Origin: Eledone cirrhosa
Lineage: Eukaryota
Direction: 5' to 3'
Assembly: GCA_964016885.1 (NCBI GenBank)
Contig: OZ024759.1
Span: 8,184,001-8,248,000, forward strand
DNA length: 64,000 nucleotides
Below are positions 39,021-52,294 of the stretch, piece by piece. Under the pieces are notes generated by a model. That model searched no databases. It was not told where the DNA came from and was given only the letters and a program-made list of their open reading frames with translations. Numbering within the stretch: position 1 is the first letter of the stretch; the number at the start of each line of letters is the position of its first letter. The position numbers and the translations under genes are program-made.

Positions 39021-39559
39021 TGAAATTTGAATGACAAACACTTCTCGTAAACCTTGACGTGAATATTTGGAAAATATTTTTTTTTTATTATGGAAACCTA
39101 AAGGTAGAAAGTGATTTTGTTATAAATAAAGTCCCAAAAGGGCCAGTTTAAAGCCCTTACTTAGTAAACTTAACATTTAAATTAAACCAAACTGTGTTAG
39201 GGAAACGTCAAATATTTTACGCAGTGTTTCTCAAGATGAAGGCGTGGGACTTTGGAGTTGAGGGACTTAATACATTACTGTTTTATATACTAACTTGGGT
39301 CAGCTCGTTGTTGTGGTGGTGGTGGTGGTGGGGGGGGGGGTCGAAGTGTGAAGAGGGGTGGAGCAAAAGAAAACGGGTTGAAAAATACTGGTTTTATAGA
39401 AAACCACCATCAAATTATTGGCTGGAATAGAACGAGAAATGAAGAAAGCAAAACAAAACAAGAAGGAAAAAATAAAAATAAACGAAAGAAACAAATAAAG
39501 AAGAAAGAAAGAAAGGTTAAAGTAAAATAAATAAATAAATATTGAAATAGTTCACTTAC

Positions 39560-39998
39560 CTATGGCGGCTGCAGCAAGCAATGAAACCGGAAGAGATGGT
39601 TTTGGGCAATCCGGAAATATGGGTTCGATTATATAATAAGAAAATGTAAGGGCCACGATTGCTTGGGAACATGGTCGAACAATCATACATTCAACCCATA
39701 GTCTTAGGAAAGCAGGAAATGCCCCAAAAGCTTCGTAAATGTAAGCATAGTCGGCCCCGGAGCGCATGATAGAGGTCCCCAATTCGGCATAGCAATAGGC
39801 CCCGATCATTGAAAATATCCCACTTAAAATCCAGACGATCAATGAAAGAGACACACTTCCGGAATTGACGAGAACACCCTTGGGACTGACAAATATACCG
39901 GAGCCAATTATACAACCTACAATGACTGTTACGCCATTGAGAAGCGACAACTTTGGTTGTAATTCAATCACTTCCTTCTCATTTTTCGAACTTGACAT
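39560..39998 (-). CDS. First coding exon of an L-type amino acid transporter light chain (SLC7A5/SLC7A8 LAT family, LAT2-like)
   Basis: Reads LSLLNGVTVIVGCIIGSGIFVSPKGV, GAYCYAELGT, SGADYAYI.EAFG..PAFLRLW and P.FPDC (the Cys that links to the heavy chain). It ends at a G|GTAAGT donor (phase 1) at 39560/39559. The paralogue cannot be assigned from one exon. Confidence 0.95.
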
Positions 39999-40021
39999 CT
40001 TTCTTTGAAATTTGATCCCTC

Positions 40022-40201
40022 GACTTCTTCAGCCTCGTCTCCTGTCTCTCGTCTTCTTCAGTCTCGTCTCCTGTCTCTCGTCTTCTTCAGTCTCGTCTCC
40101 TGTCTCTCGTCTTCTTCAGCCTCGTCTCCTGTCTCTCGTCTTCTTCAGTCTCGTCTCCTATCTCTCGTCTTCTTCAGTCTCGTCTCCTGTCTCTCGTCTT
40201 C
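40022..40201. repeat. 29-bp tandem repeat (about 6 copies) immediately upstream of the SLC7 start codon
   Basis: Unit cttcttcagtctcgtctcctgtctctcgt. Confidence 0.9.
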
Positions 40202-40749
40202 ACAACAGCAACAACAACAAAACAATAAATAATAATAAATAATAATTTTGTTTGTAGCGCTTTTTTTTGTTTTATATATACACACACATATATATATTTA
40301 TATATATATATCCAAATACACGTATATATCTATCTATCTATCTATCTATCAATCTACATATATAGATATATATAGATGTTTGGTCTTATACTTTAACTTT
40401 AAACAATTTATCTCTGGATTCTCTGGTTCTTCTGTCACCTCTTATAATTAATATGACGAGCTGGGTTGAGCTGGAATTAAAACACTAAACTTGTCTCTCC
40501 TCCTTCCTCTCTAGTCTCTAAGTTGGGACAACGATTAACCAATCAAACAACTGTTACAAAGTAATCATTATTATTATTATTATTGTTATTATGGTTAGTT
40601 GTTACTTCCCGCCTTCTCGTGGTCGTCGCCGAAACAATTAACTCAGCTGACATTTCCAGACTCTTAAGTTCCTCTCCGTTAATGAATACTTTAAAACACT
40701 TTCAGATGTCAACCAGTAAACTGCCAAAGTGGCAAAGTGTGCCATCTGC

Positions 40750-40860
<111 letters not shown>

Positions 40861-41124
40861 GGCAGTATCGATAGAGCGTCGGACTAAATGCTTTGTGGCA
40901 TAGAATTATGGCCCTTTACGTTCTGACTTCAAATCCTACCACGGTAACACACTGGGTTCGATTTAATTAACTTCCCCCTCCCCAAAATTGTTGGCCTAAA
41001 TTAGAAACAATTATTTAGTATAGAAATGATTTCTATAGGACTAGAATTGATTCATTTGTATGAAATCAGGGCATTCCTGATGATTTCATATGGTAGCCAT
41101 TGTAGAAGTCATTTCTATATTAAA

Positions 41125-41310
41125 TAATTGTTTCTATGTTTGGCACAAGGCCAGCAATTATCCCAGTGCATTACTGGTACTTTATTTTATCGCCCTCATA
41201 AGGATGAAAAGCAAAGTTAACCTCGACGGGATTTGAACTCAGACCGTAAAGGGACGTAACTATGCTGGAAAGCATGGCGTCCGACCCTCTACCGATACTG
41301 CCAATCCACT
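41125..41310 (-). mobile_element. SINE S1 with a TSD
   Basis: TSD ttctatattaaataat at about 41113-41128 and 41315-41330. Confidence 0.85.
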
Positions 41311-41430
41311 AGCCTTCTATATTAAATAATGATGTTTACACTCATATATTGAGTACCTTTTCTAATTGTGGTTACTCCCGAAATTACTTTATAGGATGTT
41401 CACACACATTACACACACACACACACATAC

Positions 41431-41490
<60 letters not shown>

Positions 41491-41618
41491 TAGATATTGG
41501 TAGAACACTGGTAGGTTATATCCGTAGTAGTAGAGCACTCAGTCCATGGGACGAGTTTGGTAGAAGTGGTAACACAACAGTTAGTTTCTGAGAAAAAATG
41601 TTTCACCTTGGATGGATC

Positions 41619-43610
41619 TGTAGCAGTTGCCTCCCTTGTTGTGACTCACAACCCCAATAGATTAACAACATCTAGACGGGAAGTAGAACCCTTTCTGTAA
41701 CTTCCGGTCAGAACCCTATAAAACTAACAACTTTAAGTTCTCACTCTCTCATTTGCCCTTACGGCGCCTGGCCTTAGCCAGGCGTCTTCTGCCAGCCGCG
41801 TTTGCCTGGCAATCAAGACGGTAACTACTAACTTTGCTTCATTCTTTCGTTTATTCATTGACACGTCAACTATACTGTTAAATTGTTGATTAAATATTAT
41901 CCACACAAACCATGTCTCCTTGTTACATTCATACACACGAGTTCTCCGCTATATTGGTAACCCTGACGTGATACGAACACACAGCCGTTCATTGTTATAA
42001 GTGGTCACCCCGAAAAAAGAAAAAAATAGCAGAATCTGGTGTTGTGTGAGTAACATTACGAATACACAGCAAATTTATTGACAAACTATGAAAATCCTCA
42101 GTCAAAGAAACGCTCACACGCACATCTGAAACTTTCGTGCAGACAGACTTTTTCTCTCACGCATCAACTAACTGTCGCATTTCACGATATATATATGTTT
42201 CTCGTTTCTTACAACGAACACTTTCAAAACAAAAAAAAAAAAGAAATTTGATATTTTTTTAAAAACATTTCAACAGGAACATTTATTTTCGATGAACCCA
42301 TTGCCTTTTTTTTTTTTTTTTCATCGTTTTCTTCATCGTTCAAGTTTTTTTTTTCAAAGTTCACACCAATAATTATGCTAAGTGAAGCCTTTCTTTTTCC
42401 TCATTGTCACTTTCACACTTGCACTTTCATTTTCTCGCGCGTTAGAAATATTATTTTTTTCAACCTAACTTAACCTTGTATTGGCACGTCTAGGCAGCAC
42501 AAATTCTCAACTCACGGAGATATCTCGACTCACAGAGATAGCCGCACGCCAGAGATAACATTTCTCGCCAAGGATTTTTCAGCCTTAAGCTATATTCTTC
42601 TATTTGCCGGTTTAAAAATTTACCACGTAAATTTGCCGTTGAAAACTGCGCATTTATTCAGAATGCTTATTTCTTTGGTCGCTGGCCTCTTGACCCTTCC
42701 AGGTCAACGCATTCTCAACATCGACCATCAACTTCGGCTGTTATTTCTAGCCCTTTGCGCAACTCATTTTTTCTGAAAATTTTTTTTTTTTACTGTGAAT
42801 TTAAACACCGAATACGCTCACTCCGCGAGACAACAACATCAACAGCAACACAGCTTCAACAACAACCAAAACCAGCAGAACAAGCCAGAGAATTTATTTT
42901 TGCAGCACTCTTCCTGTGAGAAAATCCATTCGGAGGTTGGAAATTTCACGATATACCACAGAACAGAAACCACCTGCATTCATTCTCTGGAACACACTTT
43001 CTTTCCTGCTGTCATGTGATTGCACACCTGTGAACTATATTTTGTACATTTGAACTTTGAGCTCTTCTCTTACTTTATTACATTGTATCTTTGGGTGATG
43101 GATAGATAGATGTCCAGTCGTTCTCTGGCCAAGAGCGGTTGGCTACCTTGATATCTATCATTGATTTTTGCAAACATTCTTTTATCGTAATTTTCATGCC
43201 TGTTACAACATTCTCGCCAACTTGCTACATATTTCATTCGATTTTTATATTCTAAAATTCTGGCGGGAGGTTATGTAGCAGTTGTCTCCCTTGTTGTGAC
43301 TCACAACCCCAATAGATTAACAACATCTAGACGGGAAGTAGAACCCTTTCTGTAACTTCCGGTCAGAACCCTATAAAACTAACAACTTTAAGTTCTCACT
43401 CTCTCATTTGCCCTTACGGCGCCTGGCCTTAGCCAGGCGTCTTCTGCCAGCCTGCGTTTGCCTGGCAATCAAGACGGTAACTACTAACTTTGCTTCATTC
43501 TTTCGTTTATTCATTGACACGTCAACTATACTGTTAAATTGTTGATTAAATATTATCCACACAAACAATGTCTCTTTGTTACATTCATACAACCCAGTAT
43601 CCTCGCTATA
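41619..43610 (+). mobile_element. Non-autonomous LTR retrotransposon (LTRs 41619-41953 and 43274-43610; tRNA-Trp PBS; PPT; 4-bp TSD GATC)
   Basis: About 335-bp direct repeats tgtagc..gctata. PBS tggtaaccctgacgtgat at 41955 and purine tract ggcgggagg at 43262. gatc occurs at 41615-41618 and 43611-43614. No gag or pol ORF. Confidence 0.88.
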
Positions 43611-44811
43611 GATCATCAACTTGGTTTAAATGAGATTATCCGGAAAAGTAGGACATCCTACTTGCATCTCCTGACCAGGATTGAACCACAGACCAGGATC
43701 TCCACCATCTCTAATACAACCCACTAGGCCACAGTATAATCTCATTTCAACGGAGCTAATGGTCCGTCTAAGGTGAAACAAATTGTTCTCGGAAATGGTA
43801 GATTAACTGTTGTGGAACTACAAAGATTCACAGAGGAAGTATTCTTTACTGAGTTAGCAAAACAGAAGACAAATGTCTGCTGGCTATTATAGCATTTACT
43901 CCTAGAACGTAGTCCTGACTAAATACCGCAAAACAGTCCGACGATCTACCGATTCTGCCTATCTACCACCCTCAGAAATGAATGGCTTCTCATTTATTGA
44001 CAAGTCCAACAATTTCGGGGGAAGGGGAAAGTTAATTAATCGACCCCAGTGCATTACTGGTACTTTATTTCATACACCCTGTAAGGATGAAATGCACAGC
44101 TAGCCTCAGCGGGATTTGAACTCAGAACGTAAAGGGCCGTAACATGTTATCCGACGCTCTACCGATTCTGTCAATCCACTGATTTTATAATAACATTCCT
44201 GCGACAATTAATTTTCTTTATACTTTAAAAAACATTATACATGACAAAAAAGGAACATGACTAGAAATCCCATATGTTATAAAATAAATATGATGGGTTG
44301 GGGTCTCAATATGTAAACTAAACGACTAATTCTGGTTTGTAAAAAAACCAACAGAGTCAACCTAGAAAAATTACCAATTTTGCCAACTGCCCCTACCTCG
44401 CTCATCTCCCCATTATTTGGGACACGTGAGTCACAAAGCTTGTCCGACGTTACCCCGACACAGTAATCAACACTTAGCTGCACAATTTATATCCAGTGCT
44501 GTTAAAAATAAATAAATGCAAACCAATCTGTACATTCATTAACGACTTCTAATTAATTAGCTACTAATTAGTTCTCGTTGCCCCCTTCTTTAATTTAGTA
44601 ACACAATACGTTTATGTAGTTTTATTATCTACCTCTTCACTTTCTTAATAGAAAAATACTTTGTTTAATGAGAAATCCATGAAGTTGTTATACATGGAGC
44701 CATGCCACATGGTGGATTGGCAGTGTCGGGAGAGGGTGGGACAGGCTTTCCAACAGAGTTACGTCCCTTTAAGATCTGAGTTCAAATCTCGCCGAGGTTA
44801 ACTTTGCCTAA

Positions 44812-45640
44812 CATTACACACCACACCACACACACGTCACACACCACACCACACACGTCACCCCACACATCACACCACACACGTCACACGTCACACTCCA
44901 CACCACACCGTCACACATCACACCACACACACGTCACACCACACACGTCACACACCACACACATCACACCACACACACCACACACACGTCACACACCACA
45001 CCACACACGTCACCCCACACATCACACCACACACCACACGCCCCACACCACACACATTACACCACACACATCACACATCACACCACACACATCACACACA
45101 CCACACACATCACACCACACACACCACACACCACACACACCACACACATCACACACCACACACGGCACACACCTCACACATCACACACATTACACACACA
45201 CAGCCATATGCATACACACATATCACACATCAAACACACGCCACACACAACACACATCACGTACATCACACACTTCACACTCAAAACACAAACACACACA
45301 TCACAGATGCATCACACACACATCACAGACAGCCACACACATAGCCACATACATACACACACACATCACATCACACACCATATCACACAATGCACACATC
45401 ACACGTCACACACACATCACACGTCACACACACATCACACAAACACACACACATCACACAAACACACACACATCACACCACACACATCACACATGATATA
45501 TCACACATCACACATAACACAAACACATCATACACTTCACACACACATTACACAGATCACACACGTCACACACGTCACACACTTTACACACACATCATAC
45601 ACACCTCTCACATTACACATATACATCATACACATACATA
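44812..45640. repeat. Degenerate CA-rich low-complexity tract
   Basis: cacac and cacatca units. Confidence 0.9.
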
Positions 45641-45733
45641 TGTATGTGTATGTATATATATATGTATATGAGTGTGTGTTTGTGCGTGTGTGCGGGAGTG
45701 AGGGCATGTGTGTGTTTGATTGTAGGCACCTGA

Positions 45734-46128
45734 CCCAGAGTGGCACCCCAGAGTGGCACCCCAGAGTGGCACCCCAGAGTGACACCCCAGAGTGGCACCC
45801 CAGAGTGACACCCCAGAGTGACACCCCAGAGTGACACCCCAGAGTGGTATCCCAGAGTGGCACCCCAGAGTGACACCCCAGAGTGGCACCCCAGAGTGAC
45901 ACCCCAGAGTGGCACCCCAGAGTGACACCCCAGAGTGACACCCCAGAGTGACACCCCAGAGTGACACCCCAGAGTGACACCCCAGAGTGACACCCCAGAG
46001 TGACACCCCAGAGTGACACCCCAGAGTGACACCCCAGAGTGGCACCCCAGAGTGACACCCCAGAGTGGCACCCCAGAGTGACACCCCAGAGTGGCACCCC
46101 AGAGTGGCACCCCAGAGTGGCACCCCAG
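45734..46128. repeat. 13-bp minisatellite, about 30 copies
   Basis: Unit gagtg(g/a)cacccca. Confidence 0.95.
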
Positions 46129-46294
46129 TGTGAACTTGACTATAGATTTCTTTCTGCCTTTGTTACTCTAAATATAGCCTTTAAAGAAATCCCTTTTATT
46201 TAAACCCATCAACCAATGACCTCCACCCATCCCAATCCCCACCCTCTCCCACCACCAGAAAAGATATAAATACCACCATATTACTTGGACAGTT

Positions 46295-46345
46295 GGCTTC
46301 CTGATGATTTCTCCCGAATGAAACAGTTCTAGTCCTGTAGAAGCC
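46295..46345 (+). ncRNA. Type I hammerhead ribozyme motif
   Basis: ggcttc CTGATGA tttc-tccc-gaat GAAA cag-ttctagtc-ctg TA gaagcc. Stem I has 6 bp. A degenerate fold-back relative lies at about 41020-41120. Confidence 0.78.
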
Positions 46346-46602
46346 TTTTCTATATCAAATATTTATACACTGCTTACTGTGGTTACCCCCGATTGAAACC
46401 GCGATAAACTTCAAATCCCGCCGTGGTCTTTGCGTTTCATGCTTTCGAGGTCGATAAGTACTAGCCCCGGGGTCGATTCTTTCTCGATTGTGTTCAGACC
46501 TAGAGAGGGTTGGGCCAGGTTTAAAAGTGCCCTAGACACGCCATATGACAGAGCCTCTATGACTCCACAAGGAGTTATAGGATCTTTATCTTTTCTTCTT
46601 AT

Positions 46603-46655
<53 letters not shown>

Positions 46656-46825
46656 AATATAAATTCAGCGAGAATCGCATTTCGGCGGGTAGAAAAAGCG
46701 AAACGTAACGCAAATTCCGAGTCATGCTGGCAAGCCCTCCATGGGCTAAAAAGGCCAGAGCAATAAACATAGGTTATAAAGGCCATACAAACTGAGAAGG
46801 CGGTCAAGAAACCATTAACCACCTG

Positions 46826-46882
<57 letters not shown>

Positions 46883-46885
<3 letters not shown>

Positions 46886-47420
46886 GACGTAAAATAAGAA
46901 AATTATAAAAATTAACTTACTAAAATTTCACTCCAACTAATTAGTTTCTGAAAGGGAATAAACATGGTTTCCGAATGGAGCAACATGGAGAAAAATCCTT
47001 TCGTCATCAGGGAGGTCTATTCTCAGCTAAGTTTCCAGGCAATGCGTGGACACAGGGAACTTATACAAAAATAATTCAGTGGATGGAAAAAAGCAAGCGA
47101 GGACTAAATTCCAGGACATTGAAAAAATCACTGCCTACTTGGTCTGTGGCAAATTCAAAAGAATCAATCACGTGACATCGAGGTCAATCAGTGAGGAGTG
47201 GGGTGCTAATAAGACAGTAGCCTGACTATTACTATGAACCACAGTAGTAGTTTTGGCAAATTTTTGCTCAACAAAATAATTTGGAGATAATTATAAAGAA
47301 TTAGTATATCTACCAACATATATAAGTTCCCTGTGTCCACGCATTGCCTGGGAACTTAGCTGAGAATAGACCTCCCTGATGACGAAAGGATTCTCCATGT
47401 TGTTATTTCTGTTTACCTTT
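46883..47420. mobile_element. Fold-back element in (TA)n with a hammerhead
   Basis: Arm 46981-47065 pairs with arm 47321-47402. Confidence 0.8.
46931..47014 (-). ncRNA. Type I hammerhead motif with an extended stem II
   Basis: Minus strand reads ctcc CTGATGA cgaaagg..cctttca GAAA ctaattag (palindrome) TT ggag. Confidence 0.7.
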
Positions 47421-47423
47421 TAC

Positions 47424-47492
<69 letters not shown>

Positions 47493-47947
47493 AAAGAAAT
47501 AAGATTTCGCTTCAAGCATAGCTTTATACAAAAATGTATAGAAATTTCGTATTTCTAAAGAAACACGGTTTTAGTATGCAAACACCGGGAACTAACGCCC
47601 TCCGCTGGTGTCCACCAGAAGCAAGGGGGACAACCGTCTATGCATGTCAGGCTTGACTGGCCTTCGTCAGGACGGTCCCTCCCACCGCTTGCTACTGCTG
47701 GACTTATGCAGCTTCATATGCAAATGAGATTAATCACCTCATTTACTCAGAGGAGAAAACTATATATTCTCGACTGTTTTCAAGTCCAGTAGTAGCAAGC
47801 GTGGGAGGAACCGTCCTGACGAAGGCCAGTCAAGCCTGAAATGCATAGACGCTTGTCCCCCTTGCTTCTGCTGGACACCACCAGAGGCCGTTAGCCCCCG
47901 GTGTTTGCTTCCTAAAACCGTGTTTCTTTAGAAATACAAAATTTATA
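47493..47947. mobile_element. Fold-back element in (TA)n: tail plus about 165-bp inverted arms
   Basis: Arm about 47541-47705 pairs with arm 47782-47947. Tail is 47493-47540. Confidence 0.85.
47812..47851 (+). ncRNA. Minimal type I hammerhead ribozyme motif (mirror at 47633-47676 has GAAA changed to GACA)
   Basis: cgtc CTGACGA aggc-cagtcaa-gcct GAAA tgca (palindrome) TA gacg. Confidence 0.85.
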
Positions 47948-48116
47948 TATATATATATTTATATATTTATATATAAACCCGTAGAGCAAATATTTATTAA
48001 AATAACAGATTAAAGTTTAAGCAAAGAATCGCTGCTTTCGCCTTTAACGGGATCTTCTAAAGTTTCAAAAGACCCCGTTAAGGGTTCTTATAATATATAT
48101 ATATATATATATATAT

Positions 48117-48303
48117 AACGAAGGAAATGTGGTAAGGAACCAGGTGGACCATAACGCACCAAAGTACTCAATACTTAGGGTAGTAGAGTGGGTAATAGGA
48201 ACGAGTAAGACCCCGACAGCTGAGCTCAAGCCGTTTCGCTCAGTCCAGAATTAGCCGTCGAAACGGCTTGAGCTCAGCCGTCGGGGTCTTACTTGTTCCT
48301 ATA
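48117..48303. mobile_element. Intermediate-length copy of fold-back family A
   Basis: Same tail and same right end as 1966-2948, with arms of about 44 bp. Confidence 0.85.
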
Positions 48304-48649
48304 TATATATATATATATATATGCATGGAAATGCTGGGGCTTTTCAATATATATCCTGGTAAAGATGAGAGATGTATGCTATCCAGGTTCCTTGATACAA
48401 CCATAATTTAAACTCGGCTGATTTTAAACACTCTTCTGCTTTGTTGTTGCTTTTGAATGTGTCTGTAATTTGCAACAGATTGATATGCTATGAGCCTCGT
48501 CTATGGTATGAACTTATCTCTTGTATACATTACTAGTGAAACTTCTAATAATATCTAATTTCCTAAAGATATGTAGAGCAATGGACAGTTACCTGTTATG
48601 TATCTTGCCATGGCTCACCCTTATACACTGTATATGTATATATATAAAT

Positions 48650-50310
48650 TGTTAACCGTCTTGCCAACAACCCTGAGTACCTTTTTGATTTCCATGTGTC
48701 TAACACACGTGGACATGCCCACAAAGTAAGAAAACAGCACAGCTCCCATGACTTTCGGAAACATTTTTTCACGCTCAGAGTTGCTGAAGCATGGAACAAA
48801 CTACCTGCATCAGTTGTTAGCTGTCGAGACACTGCATCCTTTAAAACCTCCATGGAACAAACTACCTGCATCAGTTGTTAGCTGCCGAGACACTGCATCC
48901 TTTAAAACATCCATGGAACAAACTGCCTGCATCACTTGTTAGCTGTCGAGACACTGCATCCTTTAAAACCTCCATGGAACAAACTACCAGCATCAGTTGT
49001 TAGCTGTCGAGACACTGCATCCTTTAAAACCTCCATGGAACAAACTACCTGCATCAGTTGTTAGCTGTCGAGACACTGCATCCTTTAAAACCTCCATGGA
49101 ACAAACTACCTGCATCAGTTGTTAGCTGTCGAGACACTGTATCCTTTAAAACCTCCATGGAACAAACTACCTGCATCAGTTGTTAGCTGTCGAGACACTG
49201 CATCCTTTAAAACCTCCATGGAACAAACTACCAGCATCAGTTGTTAGCTGTCGAGACACTGCCTCCTTTAAAACCTCCATGGAACAAACTACCTGCATCA
49301 GTTGTTAGCTGTCGAAACACTGTATCCTTTAAAACCTCCATGGAACAAACTACCTGCATCAGTTGTTAGCTGTCGAGACACTGCATCCTTTAAAACCTCC
49401 ATGGAACAAACTACCTGCATCAGTTGTTAGCTGTCGAGACACTGCATCCTTTAAAACCTCCATGGAACAAACTACCTGCATCAGTTGTTAGCTGTCGAGA
49501 CACTGCATCCTTTAAAACCTCCATGGAACAAACTACATGCATCAGTTGTTAGCTGCCGAGACACTGCATCCTTTAAAACCTCCATGTAACAAACTACCTG
49601 CATCAGTTGTTAGCTGTCGAGACACTGCATCCTTTAAAACCTCCATGGAACAAACTACCTGCATCAGTTGTTAGCTGTCGAGACACTGCATCCTTTAAAA
49701 CCTCCATGGAACAAACTACCTGCATCAGTTGTTAGCTGCCGAGACACTGCATCCTTTAAAACCTTCATGGAACAAACTGCCTGCATCAGTTGTTAGCTGT
49801 CGAGACACTGCATCCTTTAAAACCTCCATGGAACAAACTACCTGCATCAGTTGTTAGCTGTCGAGACACTGCATCCTTTAAAACCTCCAAGGAACAACTA
49901 CCAGCATCAGTTGTTAGCTGTCGAGACACTGCATCCTTTAAAATCTCCATGGAACAAACTACCTGCATCAGTTGTTAGCTGCCGAGACACTGCATCCTTT
50001 AAAACCTCCATGGAACAAACTACCTGCATCAGTTGTTAGCTGTCGAGACACTGCATCCTTTAAAACCTCCATGGAACAAACTACCTGCATCAGTTGTTAG
50101 CTGCCGAGACACTGCATCCTTTAAAACCTCCATGCTTCCCGAGATTCGCCAACACTACACCTAATGTTTCCCCGCCATACACATACACACATGTATATCA
50201 TGACTCATACACTATTCACTTCCCTGACATTTGTATATTATTCTATGTACTATACATACACCTTTGACGAGTTGTAGTGCACCTGAGCACTGTACACAAT
50301 AATTTCACCT
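48650..50310 (+). mobile_element. CR1/L2-group LINE 3' end containing a 61-bp tandem array (about 22 copies, 48790-50134)
   Basis: Reads TRGHAHKVRK..RKHFFTLRVAEAWNKLPASVV..ASFK. Unit is catggaacaaactacctgcatcagttgttagctgtcgagacactgcatcctttaaaacctc. Confidence 0.88.
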
Positions 50311-50379
50311 GTGTCTGTGTCTCATGTGAGTGTATATGTGTGTATCTGTGTGGCACGGTATTGCGGTGTGATGTAGTGA

Positions 50380-51240
50380 AGAGTAGTATAGTGTAGTGTG
50401 GTGTGGTGTGCTGTAGTGTAGTGTAGTGTGGTGTGCTGTGCTGTGTAGTGTGGTGTGGTGTGATGTGGTGTGGTGTGGTGTGTAGTGTGGTATAGTGTAG
50501 TGTGGTGTGTAGTGTGGTGTAGTGTAGTGTAGTGTAGTGTAGTGTAGTGTAGTGTAGTGTAGTGTAGTGTAGTGTAGTGTAGTGTAGTGTAGTGTAGTGT
50601 AGTGTAGTGTAGTGTAGTGTAGTGTGGTGTGGTGTGGTGTAGTGTGGTGTGGTGTGGTGTAGTGTAGTGTGGTGTGGTGTAGTGTAGTGTAGTGTAGTGT
50701 AGTGTAGTATAGTGTGGTGTGGTATAGTGTGGTGTAGTGTGGTATAGTGTGGTGTAGTGTGGTGTGGTATGGTGTAGTGTAGTGTAGTGTAGTGTAGTGT
50801 AGTGTGGTGTGGTGTGGTATAGTGTAGTGTGGTGTAGTGTAGTGTAGTGTAGTGTGGTGTGTAGTGTAGTGTAGTGTAGTGTAGTGTAGTGTAGTGTAGT
50901 GTAGTGTAGTGTAGTGTAGTGTAGTGTAGTGTAGTGTAGTGTAGTGTGGTGTGGTGTAGTGTAGTGTGGTGTGGTATAGTGTAGTGTGGTGTAGTGTGGT
51001 GTGGTGTAGTGTGGTGTAGTGTAGTGTGGTGTAGTGTGGTGTGGTATGGTGTAGTGTAGTGTAGTGTAGTGTAGTGTAGTGTGGTGTGGTGTGGTATAGT
51101 GTAGTGTGGTGTGGTGTAGTGTAGTGTGGTGTGGTGTGGTGTAGTGTGGTCTAGTGTGGTGTAGTGTAGTGTAGTGTAGTGTGGTGTGGTGTGGTATAGT
51201 GTAGTGTGGTGTGGTGTGGTGTAGTGTGGTGTGGTGTGGT
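50380..51240. repeat. (GTGTA/GTGTG)n pentanucleotide microsatellite
   Basis: Read directly from the sequence. Confidence 0.95.
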
Positions 51241-51749
51241 ATATAGAGTCGTAGGCACGCCATATTGAAATATATCGTTTCTCGGCCATTTTAAGCCCGG
51301 CGGTGTCCACCTCTCTCCAGGCCTGAGTACAGCAGATTTCGTCCAGGAAAAGGTAGAAAGTGATAGAGAGAGGGCAAGAATCGACTCCAGTATTTGACTG
51401 GTACTTTTTTTTATCGACCTTCAATGGATGAAAGGTAAAGCTCTCTGGAATTCGAACTGAGAGAAGAGATAGCAGCAGACATTCTGCTGCCGTCTACCAT
51501 CTACAACATACCTAACATAACTGATAATACCAGGCATGTCTTTTTACGACTGTTTCTTTCTGTTTCAGCAGAGGTTGAGCAATTGTATGTTTGTATATTT
51601 GTTTACAACATTGACAGCATCTGACTAGAATATAATTAGAATAATGTTTTGATGATTTGGGGCCAAATACTGCTCTTTCTCCTTGACTTGCTTTCTCTTA
51701 TCAACAAACAAGCTTCGTAGGAAAATACAGAAGGACGTTCATTTGTTGA

Positions 51750-52263
51750 ACCACCACCAACACCACCACCACCACCACCACCACATCTATCACCACCACC
51801 ACCACCACCGCCGCCACCACATCTATCACCACCACCGCCACCGCCACCACATCTACCACCACCACCACCACCACATATATCACCACCACCAACAACAACA
51901 CCATCACCACCACCACATCTACCGCCACCACCACGACATCTATCACCACCACTACCACCACCAGCACCACCACCACCACATTCGACACCAAACCACCACC
52001 ACCACTACCACCACATTCAACACCACCACCACCACCACATTCAACACCAAACAACCACCACCACTACCACCACATTCAACACCACCACCAGCACCACCAC
52101 CATTACCAGCACCACCACCACCACATTCAACACCACCACCATTACCAGCACCACTACCACCAGCACAACCACTACTACCACCACCACCAACAACAACAAC
52201 AACACCAACGCCAACACCACCACCACTACCACCAGCACAACCACTACTACCACCACCACCACC

Positions 52264-52294
<31 letters not shown>

